From NCBI GenBank assembly GCA_016618085.1, contig JABLTG010000030.1, positions 120,161 to 140,160 of the forward strand: 20,000 nucleotides of DNA. The letters run 5' to 3'. The position numbers were made by a program, and so were the translations under genes. Origin of the DNA: Neovahlkampfia damariscottae. Its lineage: Eukaryota. Below the pieces are notes generated by a model. That model was not told where the DNA came from, did no database searches, and was given only the letters and a program-made list of their open reading frames with translations. Below, piece after piece: positions 1 to 10,462 of the stretch (its first letter is position 1; each line of letters begins with the position of its first letter).

Positions 1-2414
1 TAGTTGAAGGAACATCTCTTATTGTTTCAATTGCTGCTTTCAGAAGAGTATCTGCTTGTGGTAATAAATTATTCATTAATGCTAATTGACCACTTAAAAA
101 GAAGAATTTTAATCTTCTGATAATATCATCAATTGAAGGAATAGTAATGTGAATAAAAGCGAAACATGATTTTGTGAAGGTAAAAGTTTGCTTTGAATGT
201 TTTCCATTCATTAAAGTGAAAGTTTGTTGAATCATTGTAAAAGTTTTCCAAATTAAGATTTCTTTTGGTTGATCGAGATTTGGAAATGCATTTCTACAAT
301 CTGTTAAAAACTTCAATTCTTGATCAAATTTAGTTCCAAATGGAATCTATTAAAAAATGTTAAAATATGATTGGATAAGTTACATTATTGATGAAAGTAC
401 AAATTGAATTTGAAATCTTATTGATTTGAGTTTCATCTGATAAATAATTCAATGAGTCATGTAAAGTTTTTGACAAATCAAAAAGTGAGTTCAATACTAT
501 TGGTTCAACTACTTCACCAGCAGTAAATTTTTTTCTTCCAAAAGAGTTCAACATTGCTTGACTAACTTTAACCTTTGTATTTGATTTTAACAAATCAAAA
601 ATAAAAAGAAAATGAGGCATATTAAAAACTTTTACAAAGTCATTGGTATTACTCAAAAGAACCAATAATAAATTTTGTAAACTATTTTCAATTGCACCAT
701 AATCTTGAAATCCCTTTAAATGCTTTCTCAAATCACTGAATAATATACCAACTTCTCTCATTGTAAAATTCTTTGAAACATAATCCATGAATGTTTCAAC
801 AATAGGAATATAATTAATGACATTATCAATTTTTGTAACATTTTTCCAAATTTCGTTTAATAATCTCATCTTTTCTGAATCTTTTGGTGGCACTTTATTG
901 AACTTTTCACCTAAAGCTTTATAAAATTTATGTTTTTCAACAAAAACATCTTCTGATTCGCGGATTAAAAATACCATTAATCCAGCGTTCTTTGAAACAA
1001 TTCTTGAATCAAATGAGTTTAAAACATGATATAAAAACATTGGTGTTTTTAAATCCTTTTGATATTTTTCAATTAAATTGTTAAATAATTTTTCATTGCC
1101 TTCATTGGTTTGACCAATAGCTTCTAAGATCCATTCAATTGTAGGTGCATATAAATCAATATATTCATTTAAAGTTAAACCATATTTTTCTAATCTAATT
1201 TTCCATTCTTCATCTGTTTTCCATTCTTTCAATAAAACAAAAAAATCTTGCATCATTGTCATTACAAAACTTGGTTCATTTGGTAATAACTCAACAGCTT
1301 TTCTAGCTAAATAAAGTCTTGCATACATGGATATCATTGGTTCACCAATCCCACGAACACTTTTAGTTAATCTTTCAATAATTGATTTAATCTGCTTTTT
1401 ATCATCAGTCAAGAACAATTGACATGGTAATAAACAGAGTTCAACGTAAACTATTGGTTAGAATTTATCAATTTTTTTTTTTTACTTCTTGGCATCAATT
1501 CACGAATAGAAGCAATTTTATAAAACCAATTTAAACATGTTTCTCGTGCTGCATCAGTTACTTCTGAAACTTTGAAAGTATTTCCAAGTTTATGTTCAAC
1601 TTTACCACTTTGTTCATCTTTTATAGTTGATAAATCTTTAATTCTTTCAAAAACAAGTGAACCAAAAGTATCTAAAACTTGTGATACTAAAACAAATAAA
1701 CTTGGATAAAATTGAGGTACATCATTGTTTCCAAGTAATTTAGTGCACTAGAATAAATTTAGTATGAGTCATTTTTGATTTACTTTGATGACAATTTTCA
1801 ATGCTTTTACTCTGTTATTTGAATTCCAACAATCAGCACATTCAACATTTAAATTTTCTAATTCTTGAATATACTTTTTTTGAGATTTATATTCTTTATC
1901 AGTGTCTGTTTTATTTAATTGTTCTAAACGCATCTTTGCACGGTCTTCAAGTTTGATAACTAAATAAAAATGAGATAGAAGTTTTTTCAAGTTTTACCTC
2001 TTGTATGATCATCAGGACCTTCAACAATACTCTATTTTTAAAAAATGTTGTTTAAAAAAAAACTCTTTTTTTTCTTACAGAAATAACAGGAATATTTTTA
2101 TCTGTGGTATATTTTTTTAAATAATCTGATGTTTTTGAGTTCCAGTTTAAAATGGTTGAGCTTGATTTTTGTTCTTCTTGTTCTTCTGTTTTTTTTGCAG
2201 CTTTTCCTAGAAATGAAAAACCATAACTACTTCTTGCTCGAAGTGGATCATATTCAACTTCTTGTTCTTCACTCAATGGATGTGTTTTCACGTTTCTTTC
2301 TGGATTTTTTTGATCATTTTTTTCTTCTGAATAATCACGTAATTTTGGAGACCTGTGAATTTTTGTTAGTTTTTTTTTGTTGTTTTCAAACCATCCCAAT
2401 TTTGTTGTAGACAT
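1..2414 (-). CDS. VPS35L: VPS35 endosomal protein-sorting factor-like (Retriever subunit, C16orf62/UPF0505 family); 3' end runs off the window
   Basis: The spliced translation has family-like motifs: KALKIVIK-CTKLL..QFYPSLFVLVSQVLDTFGSLVFERI, WFYKIASIRELMPRIYVE, RGIGEPMISMYARLYL, HITIPSI..SGQLALMNNLLPQAD. Inferred GT-AG introns (+ coordinates): 2353-2391, 2032-2078, 1960-1997, 1748-1783, 1451-1485, 347-383. ATG at 2414; the ORF-track start at 2441 is TTG. Confidence 0.92.
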
Positions 2415-2570
2415 TTTAGAGTGGTCTAATTGTTTATCCAATGATTTTCTTCTTTCTTTAAAACTGATAAGAAATAAAAATTACAATATTAAATACAATA
2501 AAAGAAATATTAAAATTTTAGAAATTAGATTGAATCTAATTGTCCAATCAAATTTACAAGCACCAACTTG

Positions 2571-5028
2571 ATGAGTGAAAAAAAAAAGAAAGGAGGAAGA
2601 ATTTTTGTATTCACTAACAAAGAAACAAATGATAAATTCAAACAATTAAAACAATTATTTGAAGAACTCTCTGTAGACCTTAGTGAAATAAAAATCGACT
2701 CAAAAGTAAAAATTTATTAAATCTAAAAAATAAGCCATATTTAAGCTCTAAAATGAGAGCATATTCAAAAACATCAGAAAAACCACCACTAATTTTTTTC
2801 AATTCAAAATTTTTTGGAGGTTTAGAAAAATTTCAAGAAGCCAAAGAAAACGATTTAGAAAATTTAAAAAATGAAATTGAAAACACCAAAGAAGAAGATC
2901 CAGGACATTTATATACAATTTATAAACAACAAAAAGATATTTATGACATTCTACCTTCTTTTTGTTATTTTCCTCCACCACTAGGAAAAACAATAGTTTG
3001 TTCAATGAAAATTCATAATTTAACGGAAGGTATTAAAAAGAAAAAATAATTGAAAAATTAGATTCAACTGCTTTTAAAGTCAAAGCTACTGCACCAAAAA
3101 GGTATTCTGTAAAACCAAAAGAAGGAATTATAGGACCATTAGAATCAGATATCATTGAAAGTAAAAAATACACATTCTCTAAAACTAAATAGTCACTTTA
3201 CAAAAGGATACTGTTGAAATTCCAATGGATATTGATAAGTTCAGAATTGAAGGAGTTAGAATTACAAAAAAGGATGATGTGTCCAATAAAAGTGTATCTG
3301 AAGTAGTAAGAAATGAATTTATTTTTTATTTTTTAAAAGTTCACAACTTATACAAAAACTATTTCAAAACAGACTATTGAAGCAAAATATACAACAGCTC
3401 CTTCAGATGTTAAAGTTACAACTTTTAATGATGGTATGTTATTAATTGAATCACTTGCTGCTCCTCAAAGTTTAATGCCTGAATCTGCTGGTTCTCCTAT
3501 GGTTCCTGTTGATCCGATCATTCATGATTATTTTGGAAAAAAAGATGAAGAAGAAAAATCACCAATAGAAGAAAAAGAAGAAGAAAAACTTGTTGAAGAA
3601 GTCAAACCTAAAGTTGAAGAAACTGAACCTATTGTTGAAAAAGTAGAAGAAAAACCTGTTGAAGAAGTCAAACCAAAAGTTGAAGAAGTGAAACCGATTG
3701 AAGAATCAAAAAAACCTGTTGAAACAATTGATAAGAAACAATTGGATTCTTTGAAATCAATCAATAAAACACTGAATGAAGAAATTTCAAATTTAAAAAA
3801 ACAAGTTGATCTATTGAGAGAAGAAAAAGAAACAGCTGTATTTGAAGTAACAAAAAAAAAATCAATTGAAGTTTCAAATTTACAAAAAACAATTGAAAAT
3901 AATGAAAAATTAATTTTTAGTTATAAACAAAAAGTTAATGAATTACAAGAAGAAGAAAGAAGATTGAATGATTCATATATTCAACAATTGAAAGATAAAG
4001 ATACAAATATTGAAAATTTAAGTCAAGAGTATGAAAAACATAAATCAGAATTAGAAGCTGAAAAAATGACTTTCAATGTAACAATTCAAGAATTAACAAA
4101 TACAACTTCAGATTTGACATCAAAAATTCAAATTTTAACACAAAAAATTCAAGAAATTGAACATGAAAATACCAATAAAGAAGCTGAAATTGATGAAAGA
4201 AAAGAACAAATTATTGAATTAAAAGAAATCATTTCAGAAAATGAATCAAAGATTAGAGAATTAAATGATGATTTATTCAATAAACAAACAGAATTAAAAA
4301 GCAATTCAGAAACTATTGATTCATTAAAAAAACAAAAATCTGATTTAAAAGAAGAGATTAATGAATTCAATTCAAAAATTGAAAAATTAAATATAGACCT
4401 CACATTTAAAGATGAAGAAATTTCAAGTTTAAAAACAACAAATGAAAATTTGATTTCAAATGACACAACAGATGATCAAATAGCTCAAAATCAAAAATTA
4501 ATTGACTCATTAAAAGATGAAGTTAAAAAATTGAAACTTGATAGAGTTGATGTTGAAAAAATAAATAAATCAAAAGAAGAAATGATATCAAATTTGAATC
4601 AAGAAATTTTAGAGTTGAAAGAAAAAAATAATAATTTAGAAACACAACACTCAACAGAACATCAACAAAAAGATGAATTCTTGAAAAATGAAAAATCATT
4701 CAAGAAACAAATCACTGAAAAAGATGCTCAAATTACACATTTGAAAGATACTGTTATCTCAAAAGAAGAAGAAATTGAAAAATTAAATGAAACGAAAAAA
4801 GTTTTATTTGATGAACATGATTTGGAAATTCAAAAAATTAAACAAGAAAAGAAAGATTTGGAATTAGAAATTAATCAATTAAAACAAGATTTGAAAGTAC
4901 CAAAATCAATAGAAACAAAAACTCAACCACCAATAATTCATCATCAAGATGATAATGATTTTTTGAAATTCTTTCAACCAATGATTTTTGCTATTATATT
5001 TGGATATCTCTTAAGATTTATTTTTTAA
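2571..5028 (+). CDS. VAP-like tail-anchored protein: N-terminal glutaredoxin/SH3BGR-like domain, MSP domain, Glu/Lys/Pro linker, long coiled coil, C-terminal TM helix
   Basis: ATG at 2571; introns 2706-2734, 3030-3061, 3161-3192 and 3306-3339 join into ORF 3436-5028. MSP motif AFKVKATAPKRYSVKPKEGII...DKFRIE; glutaredoxin-like PPLIFFNSKFFGGLEKF; hydrophobic C-terminus FFQPMIFAIIFGYLLRFIF. Confidence 0.82.
3580..3687 (+). repeat. Intragenic direct repeat: two near-identical 42-nt copies, period 66 nt, encoding EEK(L/P)VEEVKPKVEE
   Basis: gaagaaaaacttgttgaagaagtcaaacctaaagttgaagaa at 3580-3621 and gaagaaaaacctgttgaagaagtcaaaccaaaagttgaagaa at 3646-3687. Confidence 0.85.
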
Positions 5029-5770
5029 GTGAATTTCTATTTAAATCTCTATCAATAAAGATGAATTGAACTTTTTTTGTCAAATAAGAATAACATTCAA
5101 AATGTTTTGTTAATGTTCTTGCTGAGTAATTATATGGTAATTTAAGAACAATAGCTGATGCTTCTCTTAAAACAAGTTTTGTAAATTCAACCATTCCATA
5201 TGATTTTCCAGAATCGTCATTTAAATATAAATCTTCAATAATATCAGAGTCTTGATAATTTGAGCCACCCCATGGAGGATCAGCAAATACACACGCATTC
5301 TTGAATGATGATACTTTTGATTCTTTTATCAACCAATCGATGAAATTTCCTTGAACAAGTTCAACTTTTGCGTAGAATTTTTTTTGGTATAGTTCTATAT
5401 TTTTTTCAAGATATTCAAATCTATTTTTATCTAATTCAACTCCTATCACGTTCTTTACTCCTCTGTGAAGCGCAAACGACTTTAATTTTTAATTTTTTTT
5501 TTTTTTTTTTACTATTGTGTTTCCTCCTAAATTAGCTGTTGCATCAATAAATAATTTGAAGTCAAATCTATTCAAAGAATCATTTTGGTCCATAATCCAT
5601 TTGGTGCATTTGTCAGCCATTTTATAAGGTGTAACAAAAGATAAAGCAGCTTCTCCATCATAATGAGCTTGACCAGCGTGAGGAGGTGGAAAAAAATTAT
5701 TTATATATTGTGAATATTTCTTTTCTGATTCGGTTTTTTGTTTTTTCAATGAAGGTTCTTCTTTGCTCAT
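5018..5770 (-). CDS. RNA cap guanine-N2 methyltransferase (Tgs1-like, short catalytic-domain-only form)
   Basis: Intron 5480-5512 joins the two ORFs. Motifs: SFVTP, SAM-binding IDATANLGGNTISFA, GVELD, FADPPWGG, LKLPYNY. Confidence 0.85.
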
Positions 5771-5986
5771 TAAAAACTATTCAATTGTGTCCAATCAAAA
5801 CTGCTGTATTTTATCAGAATTATAACACAAGAAAACTAGTTTTTTTTTTTGAACAATTTTTAATTCGATCTAATTTTGTTTAAATTATCCAACTTTGGAT
5901 ATTGACAGTGACAAGAAAAATGAAGAGAAAAAAAAAATTGCGAGGGTTATTTTAACAAGAATGTTTATTTTAAAGTACAATGAGTT

Positions 5987-6292
5987 CTAAAATAATTTGG
6001 TATGACCTGGAGAGGTTTCCAAAAAATTTACGAAATTCTCGAGAGAATCAAAAATTTTATCATAAGAAAGATTTTCTGTTTCGAAGTTGTAATTATCAAC
6101 CTTTTCATCATTTGTGGATTTTGGTGGTGGTGGTACAGTTTGGTACAATTTGATTTTATTTATAGGTACAGAGATCTCAGCGAATGCATCATCATCATGG
6201 TTTGAAGTTTTGTTAAGTGGTGTTGTTAAGATTCTTGTCATTTTCCATGTTTTTGTAATAGTGTTTCGTCCGAAGTTTGGTTCTCTCTTCAT
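5987..6292 (-). CDS. Hypothetical 101-aa protein
   Basis: Intronless ATG-TAG ORF filling the gap between two genes, with ATTGG boxes upstream (6339-6343, 6366-6370). No recognisable domain. Confidence 0.45.
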   Translation of the reverse strand: MKREPNFGRNTITKTWKMTRILTTPLNKTSNHDDDAFAEISVPINKIKLYQTVPPPPKSTNDEKVDNYNFETENLSYDKIFDSLENFVNFLETSPGHTKLF

Positions 6293-6503
6293 ACACTAGT
6301 TTGAGCTAAGTTGAAAAAATTGAAAAGGAACTTCTCTTATTGGTCAACGTTAATAAAGAAAAATGATTGGATATCATGAAATCGAATAATACCCAAATCA
6401 CCAAATACCCAAATTTTTGAATAGTTTAATACCGAAAAATTCTACTAAAAATTCAAAAACTAGTCATAGTTTTCATTGGATAAAACAAAAACTCATTTGA
6501 TTG

Positions 6504-7921
6504 ATGTATCACTTTGATGAAGAAGGTTCTGATGAAGAAGATTGGATCATCTCAAAAGATCATATTTCAAATGTTGAAGAAACTAATTTTTTTGATCATA
6601 TTGTTGAAGAAATCAGACAAAACAAAAGAAAATTATCAGATGCATTTATCAACTACAAATTTTTGATGAATTCTACACGTAAAACCCTCAATTCATTAAT
6701 CAAAAATAATTTAGAAAAACGAATTTTTTTTGAAGCATTAAAAAAAAATACTTCACTGACTGAGTTATTTCTTCCAGGTTCATTACAAAAAAAATTTAAA
6801 ATAAAAAGACAAATGTTTGACTGAAGAAGAACTAAAAGTGATGTTCAAAAATCTGGAGAATAATAAAAATATAACAAAATTTAGTTTCTCAGATAATGAA
6901 TTGCAAAATGAAGGATTCAAAATTATCGGAGATTTTTTCAAAAATTTCAAAGGAAATGTTCTTCAATTAGATTTATCAGGTTATCATTTTTTTTAAAACT
7001 TAATTAACTTTAGATAACAAATCTCAAGATTCTGGTGTTGTGGAACTCATAGATGGTTTAAAAGAATACAAGAAATTGATTTCTTTGAATGTATCAGGTT
7101 TGAGAAAATCTCTTTTGATTTTGATTAGAAAATTGTTTTCAATTTCAAGGAATGAAATCTATATCAGACTGTTTGTCAGTTGAATACTCAAATTTACGTT
7201 CTCTTCATCTTTTTGGTATTCATCCAATCACTAACTTTCAAAAGGGAATTCATTCGGAATTGATGAAATGAAAGTTTTAGGAGAGGGCATAAAAAAGACA
7301 AAAAACTTAATTTATTTGGATATATCAAGTAACTAATCAGATAATTAATCGATAGATTGTTCAATTCATGATAGTCCAATCATTGAATTTTCCAAAGGAA
7401 TGAAATTCAATAATTCATTGAAATATTTATATTTAGAAGGTACGTATATATTATATTTTGTCTAAAAAACCAGATAACAACGTTTCTGATGCTGGTTTTG
7501 AACAATTTTTCATGGACATCAGAGATAATGAAAAATTGGTTGAATTACGTTTGTCAAGTAAGATTTTATCAATTTTGAATTTATCAAAAGATAATAAAAT
7601 ATCCAACAAGATATGCAGTTCTATTGCTGATTTTCTTGAAAATAATAAATCTCTGGAAGTATTGGATCTATCAGGTAAATCTTTTTTTGAAATTTTTGAT
7701 TACTGAATTTAGAGCATGAATTTTCATCATTTGGTATTATTCATTTTATAAATGTATTGATTTCAAAGAATATTTGGATCAATGAATTGTTGATTGATTC
7801 AAGAATGTATCAGAATATTGTTGATAATTTGATTGAGGAAAATGTGCAATATAAATTGAAATTTCTTCATTTTAGAAATTTCAAATACACAAAAAGAGAC
7901 ATATTTTTCAGATTTCCCTAA
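6504..7921 (+). CDS. Ribonuclease-inhibitor-like (28-residue) leucine-rich repeat protein, paralogue A
   Basis: Introns 6778-6808, 6980-7013, 7098-7128, 7216-7244, 7329-7355, 7440-7473, 7558-7590, 7675-7712, all phase 1. Spliced repeats of type LxxLxLSxNxIxDxG..L..N..L. Ends KRDIFFRFP* (TAA 7919-7921). Confidence 0.85.
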
Positions 7922-7984
7922 TTTTATTTTTCAAAAATTGACCAATTAAAATGAATGTTCAAGTGAGGAGAACAAAAAAGAAAG

Positions 7985-9521
7985 ATGGAAGAAATGGAAT
8001 TAAAACTCTTCTTTTTATTAGAAAAAGATGAAAATATGGTGAATTATGTAAAAACTATTCAAAACAATGTCACTCCAAAATTGAAAATAAAAGGTTTTTC
8101 AAAAACTCTTTTAAAAATTGAAAGGATTAATTACAAAATCTGCTTGTAGGGCAATTTCATATGTCATTAAACATAATACATCAATAAAAACGATGGCTTT
8201 AGGTTGTACATTTTTTTTTCTCCTCACAATCTTGATACAGATAATCATGGAATAGTTAATGACTTGAATATTATGATTGAAGGTGTACAAGAGAATAAAA
8301 ATATTGAAAAACTATTTATCATTGGTAATCAAATTTCAAATACAAATTCAATTTGCAAATTGATCAAAAACAACAATACCATCAAAGAGTTGAGTCTTTA
8401 CAGTAATATCACAAAAAAAAAAACTGAAAAAAAATAGCAAATTTAATCAATGGTGATGGTGCTTTTTTGATCTCAGAATCTTTGAAGATCAATAAATCAC
8501 TTTTCAAATTAGATTTATCTGAGAACAAATTGAATGAAAATGAAATACAAAGATTTTCAAAAAATCTGAATAGTTTTCATTCATCGCTTCAAAAATTGTA
8601 TCTAGAAAGTAAATAAATCCAGTTTCTTGATTTTTAACATTTGGTTTAGACAACAAGATAACAGATAGCGGATTATCAGTATTAATGGATGAATTGAAAA
8701 CTAATCCAAATTTGAAATATTTGTCATTAAAAAGTAATAGAATATCATACAAAGGAGCTGATTTAATCTCCAAAATGTTGGTAAAAAACCATTTTTTGGA
8801 AACATTTGATCTTGGGAGTTTGGAAAAAATAAATTTAACAACTGTTTTTTTCAAGACAATTCAATAGGAGATAAAGGAGCAACATATATATTTGATTCTT
8901 TGAGGTTCAATAATACACTTCAAGAATTAAAAATTCACAGTAAATTTTTTTCTGGACTAAAGAAATAGAAAACGAAATTACTAATTTGGGAATCAAAAAT
9001 CTAACGAAAAACAATTACCTTAAAATATTGAGTTTATCTGAAAGTAATCACTTAAATTACTAAAATTCTTATTGTAGATAAAATTTCTGATGGGAGCATC
9101 ATCGGTTTATTTCTCAAAGATAATAAGACATTGTTGAAATTGAACTTATCATGTAAGATGATGATTATTTGACGAATTTAAATAGACTGTGACTTGAAAG
9201 ATGATGGTTTGAAACCTATTTTAGAGTCAATAGCAAATTCTCATTTCATTCAAATTCAACAACTCTTATTGGATGGAAATGATATTTCAGATGATTCAAT
9301 GGAAGCCATAAAATGTTGTCTCAGAGCAAATACATCACTTAATTTAATATCTTTAGGAGGTAAATTCTGAATACATTTCTCACTTTTGGTGTAAAGATAC
9401 CTCTGTCAATGAAATTGAATTGAACAAGAGTTGGTTGAATCATAATGAATACTCCATCAAATTTAGACATTTCCATCATTTTAGTAATTGCAAAAAAGAT
9501 ATTTTTTTCAAAATAAAATGA
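7985..9521 (+). CDS. RNI-like leucine-rich repeat protein, paralogue B (start codon uncertain)
   Basis: Introns 8094-8124, 8203-8240, 8403-8437, 8609-8649, 8818-8855, 8940-8968, 9044-9077, 9153-9185, 9360-9396, all phase 1. Repeats such as LKYLSLKSNRISYKGADLISKMLVKNHF and LETFDLGNNSIGDKGATYIFDSLRFNNT. Ends KKDIFFKIK* (TGA 9519-9521). Confidence 0.85.
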
Positions 9522-9540
9522 AAAAAGTCCATTTATTGGA

Positions 9541-10407
9541 TTAGTAATATTTGTCAGTATTATTTTTATCAAAGAATTCTTTAAATTCATCATTTTTTCT
9601 TTCACCTGTGTATCCTTGATATCCATAATTTTGAGGTAGATTTTGATAGTATTGGGTATTAGAAGATCCATAATTATTTTGGATTGGTGGAAGTGCTCTT
9701 GATTCTGAAATTGGTGCTGTTGGTGGTTTATATGGTTTAGTTTGAGTCACTTGAGGTTGTTGGACTACATTTCTATTTGAAGATAATCCTTTTGATTCTG
9801 ATTCTGATTCGCCAATAATAGCAGCTCCAAAAATGAACATACCGCAAAACAAACAACCTACAACACCGATTAAAATTAAAACAGACATAAAAATGATGAA
9901 AAAAATAAAACCAGTGAGGAAAAGTGGCACTCCAACACTCACTAAAACTATGATAAAAACCATTGAAGAAATCCAAGACATATCCGTCATTATGAATGTT
10001 CTTTGTTCAAAATTTGCTGTTATAGTATCTGAGGATTCATTCAATACAAAAATAAAAAGTTTTTTTTTTATATTTTCTTTTTCTTGAAATGATCCACTTG
10101 CTTGAGTTGTTCCAATTTTTTCAAAAAATGATGTATAACTTAATCCTCTTGAAAGTCGTTGTTTATTTGTTTCATCTAATAAATATACGTTGCAACTTTT
10201 TGAACATGATATTGACCATGTAATTGCTGTTGCGGCTGTGTTATATGCGTAACCAAACCCTGTTTTTGGTTCTATTGCTTTGGTGTTTTTTGTTGTTGTC
10301 CAATTGGCTAATGAATATGTTAATATGCAATGGTTTTTCTCATTACCTGTCACTGTTTGCAATAGAAACACAAAGAACAGTAAGCTCAAGTAGTATTTTT
10401 GGAACAT
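9541..10407 (-). CDS. Membrane protein: signal peptide, ~120-aa ectodomain, long hydrophobic segment, Gln/Pro/Tyr-rich tail
   Basis: Intronless 288-aa ORF. N-terminus MFQKYYLSLLFFVFLLQTVTG; N-glycosylation sequons NWT and NES; ~55-aa hydrophobic stretch; low-complexity C-terminus. Confidence 0.75.
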   Translation of the reverse strand: MFQKYYLSLLFFVFLLQTVTGNEKNHCILTYSLANWTTTKNTKAIEPKTGFGYAYNTAATAITWSISCSKSCNVYLLDETNKQRLSRGLSYTSFFEKIGTTQASGSFQEKENIKKKLFIFVLNESSDTITANFEQRTFIMTDMSWISSMVFIIVLVSVGVPLFLTGFIFFIIFMSVLILIGVVGCLFCGMFIFGAAIIGESESESKGLSSNRNVVQQPQVTQTKPYKPPTAPISESRALPPIQNNYGSSNTQYYQNLPQNYGYQGYTGERKNDEFKEFFDKNNTDKYY

Positions 10408-10462
10408 GTTTGACCAATCAATTCGATTCTAAATTGAGTATTTTTATTGGGGGCAAGTTCAA

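Noticed and set aside
3528..4466. Minus-strand Ser/Phe-rich ORFs 3528-3764 and 4149-4466
   Set aside because: Antisense shadows of the Glu/Lys-rich coiled-coil gene.
6389..6415. Three short ccaaat direct repeats upstream of LRR gene A
   Set aside because: Too short and low-complexity to support a functional call.
6778..9396. Regular ~115-120 nt periodicity as a CRISPR-like or tandem DNA array
   Set aside because: No conserved nucleotide repeat; the period is exon (84 nt) plus intron (~33 nt) in LRR genes.
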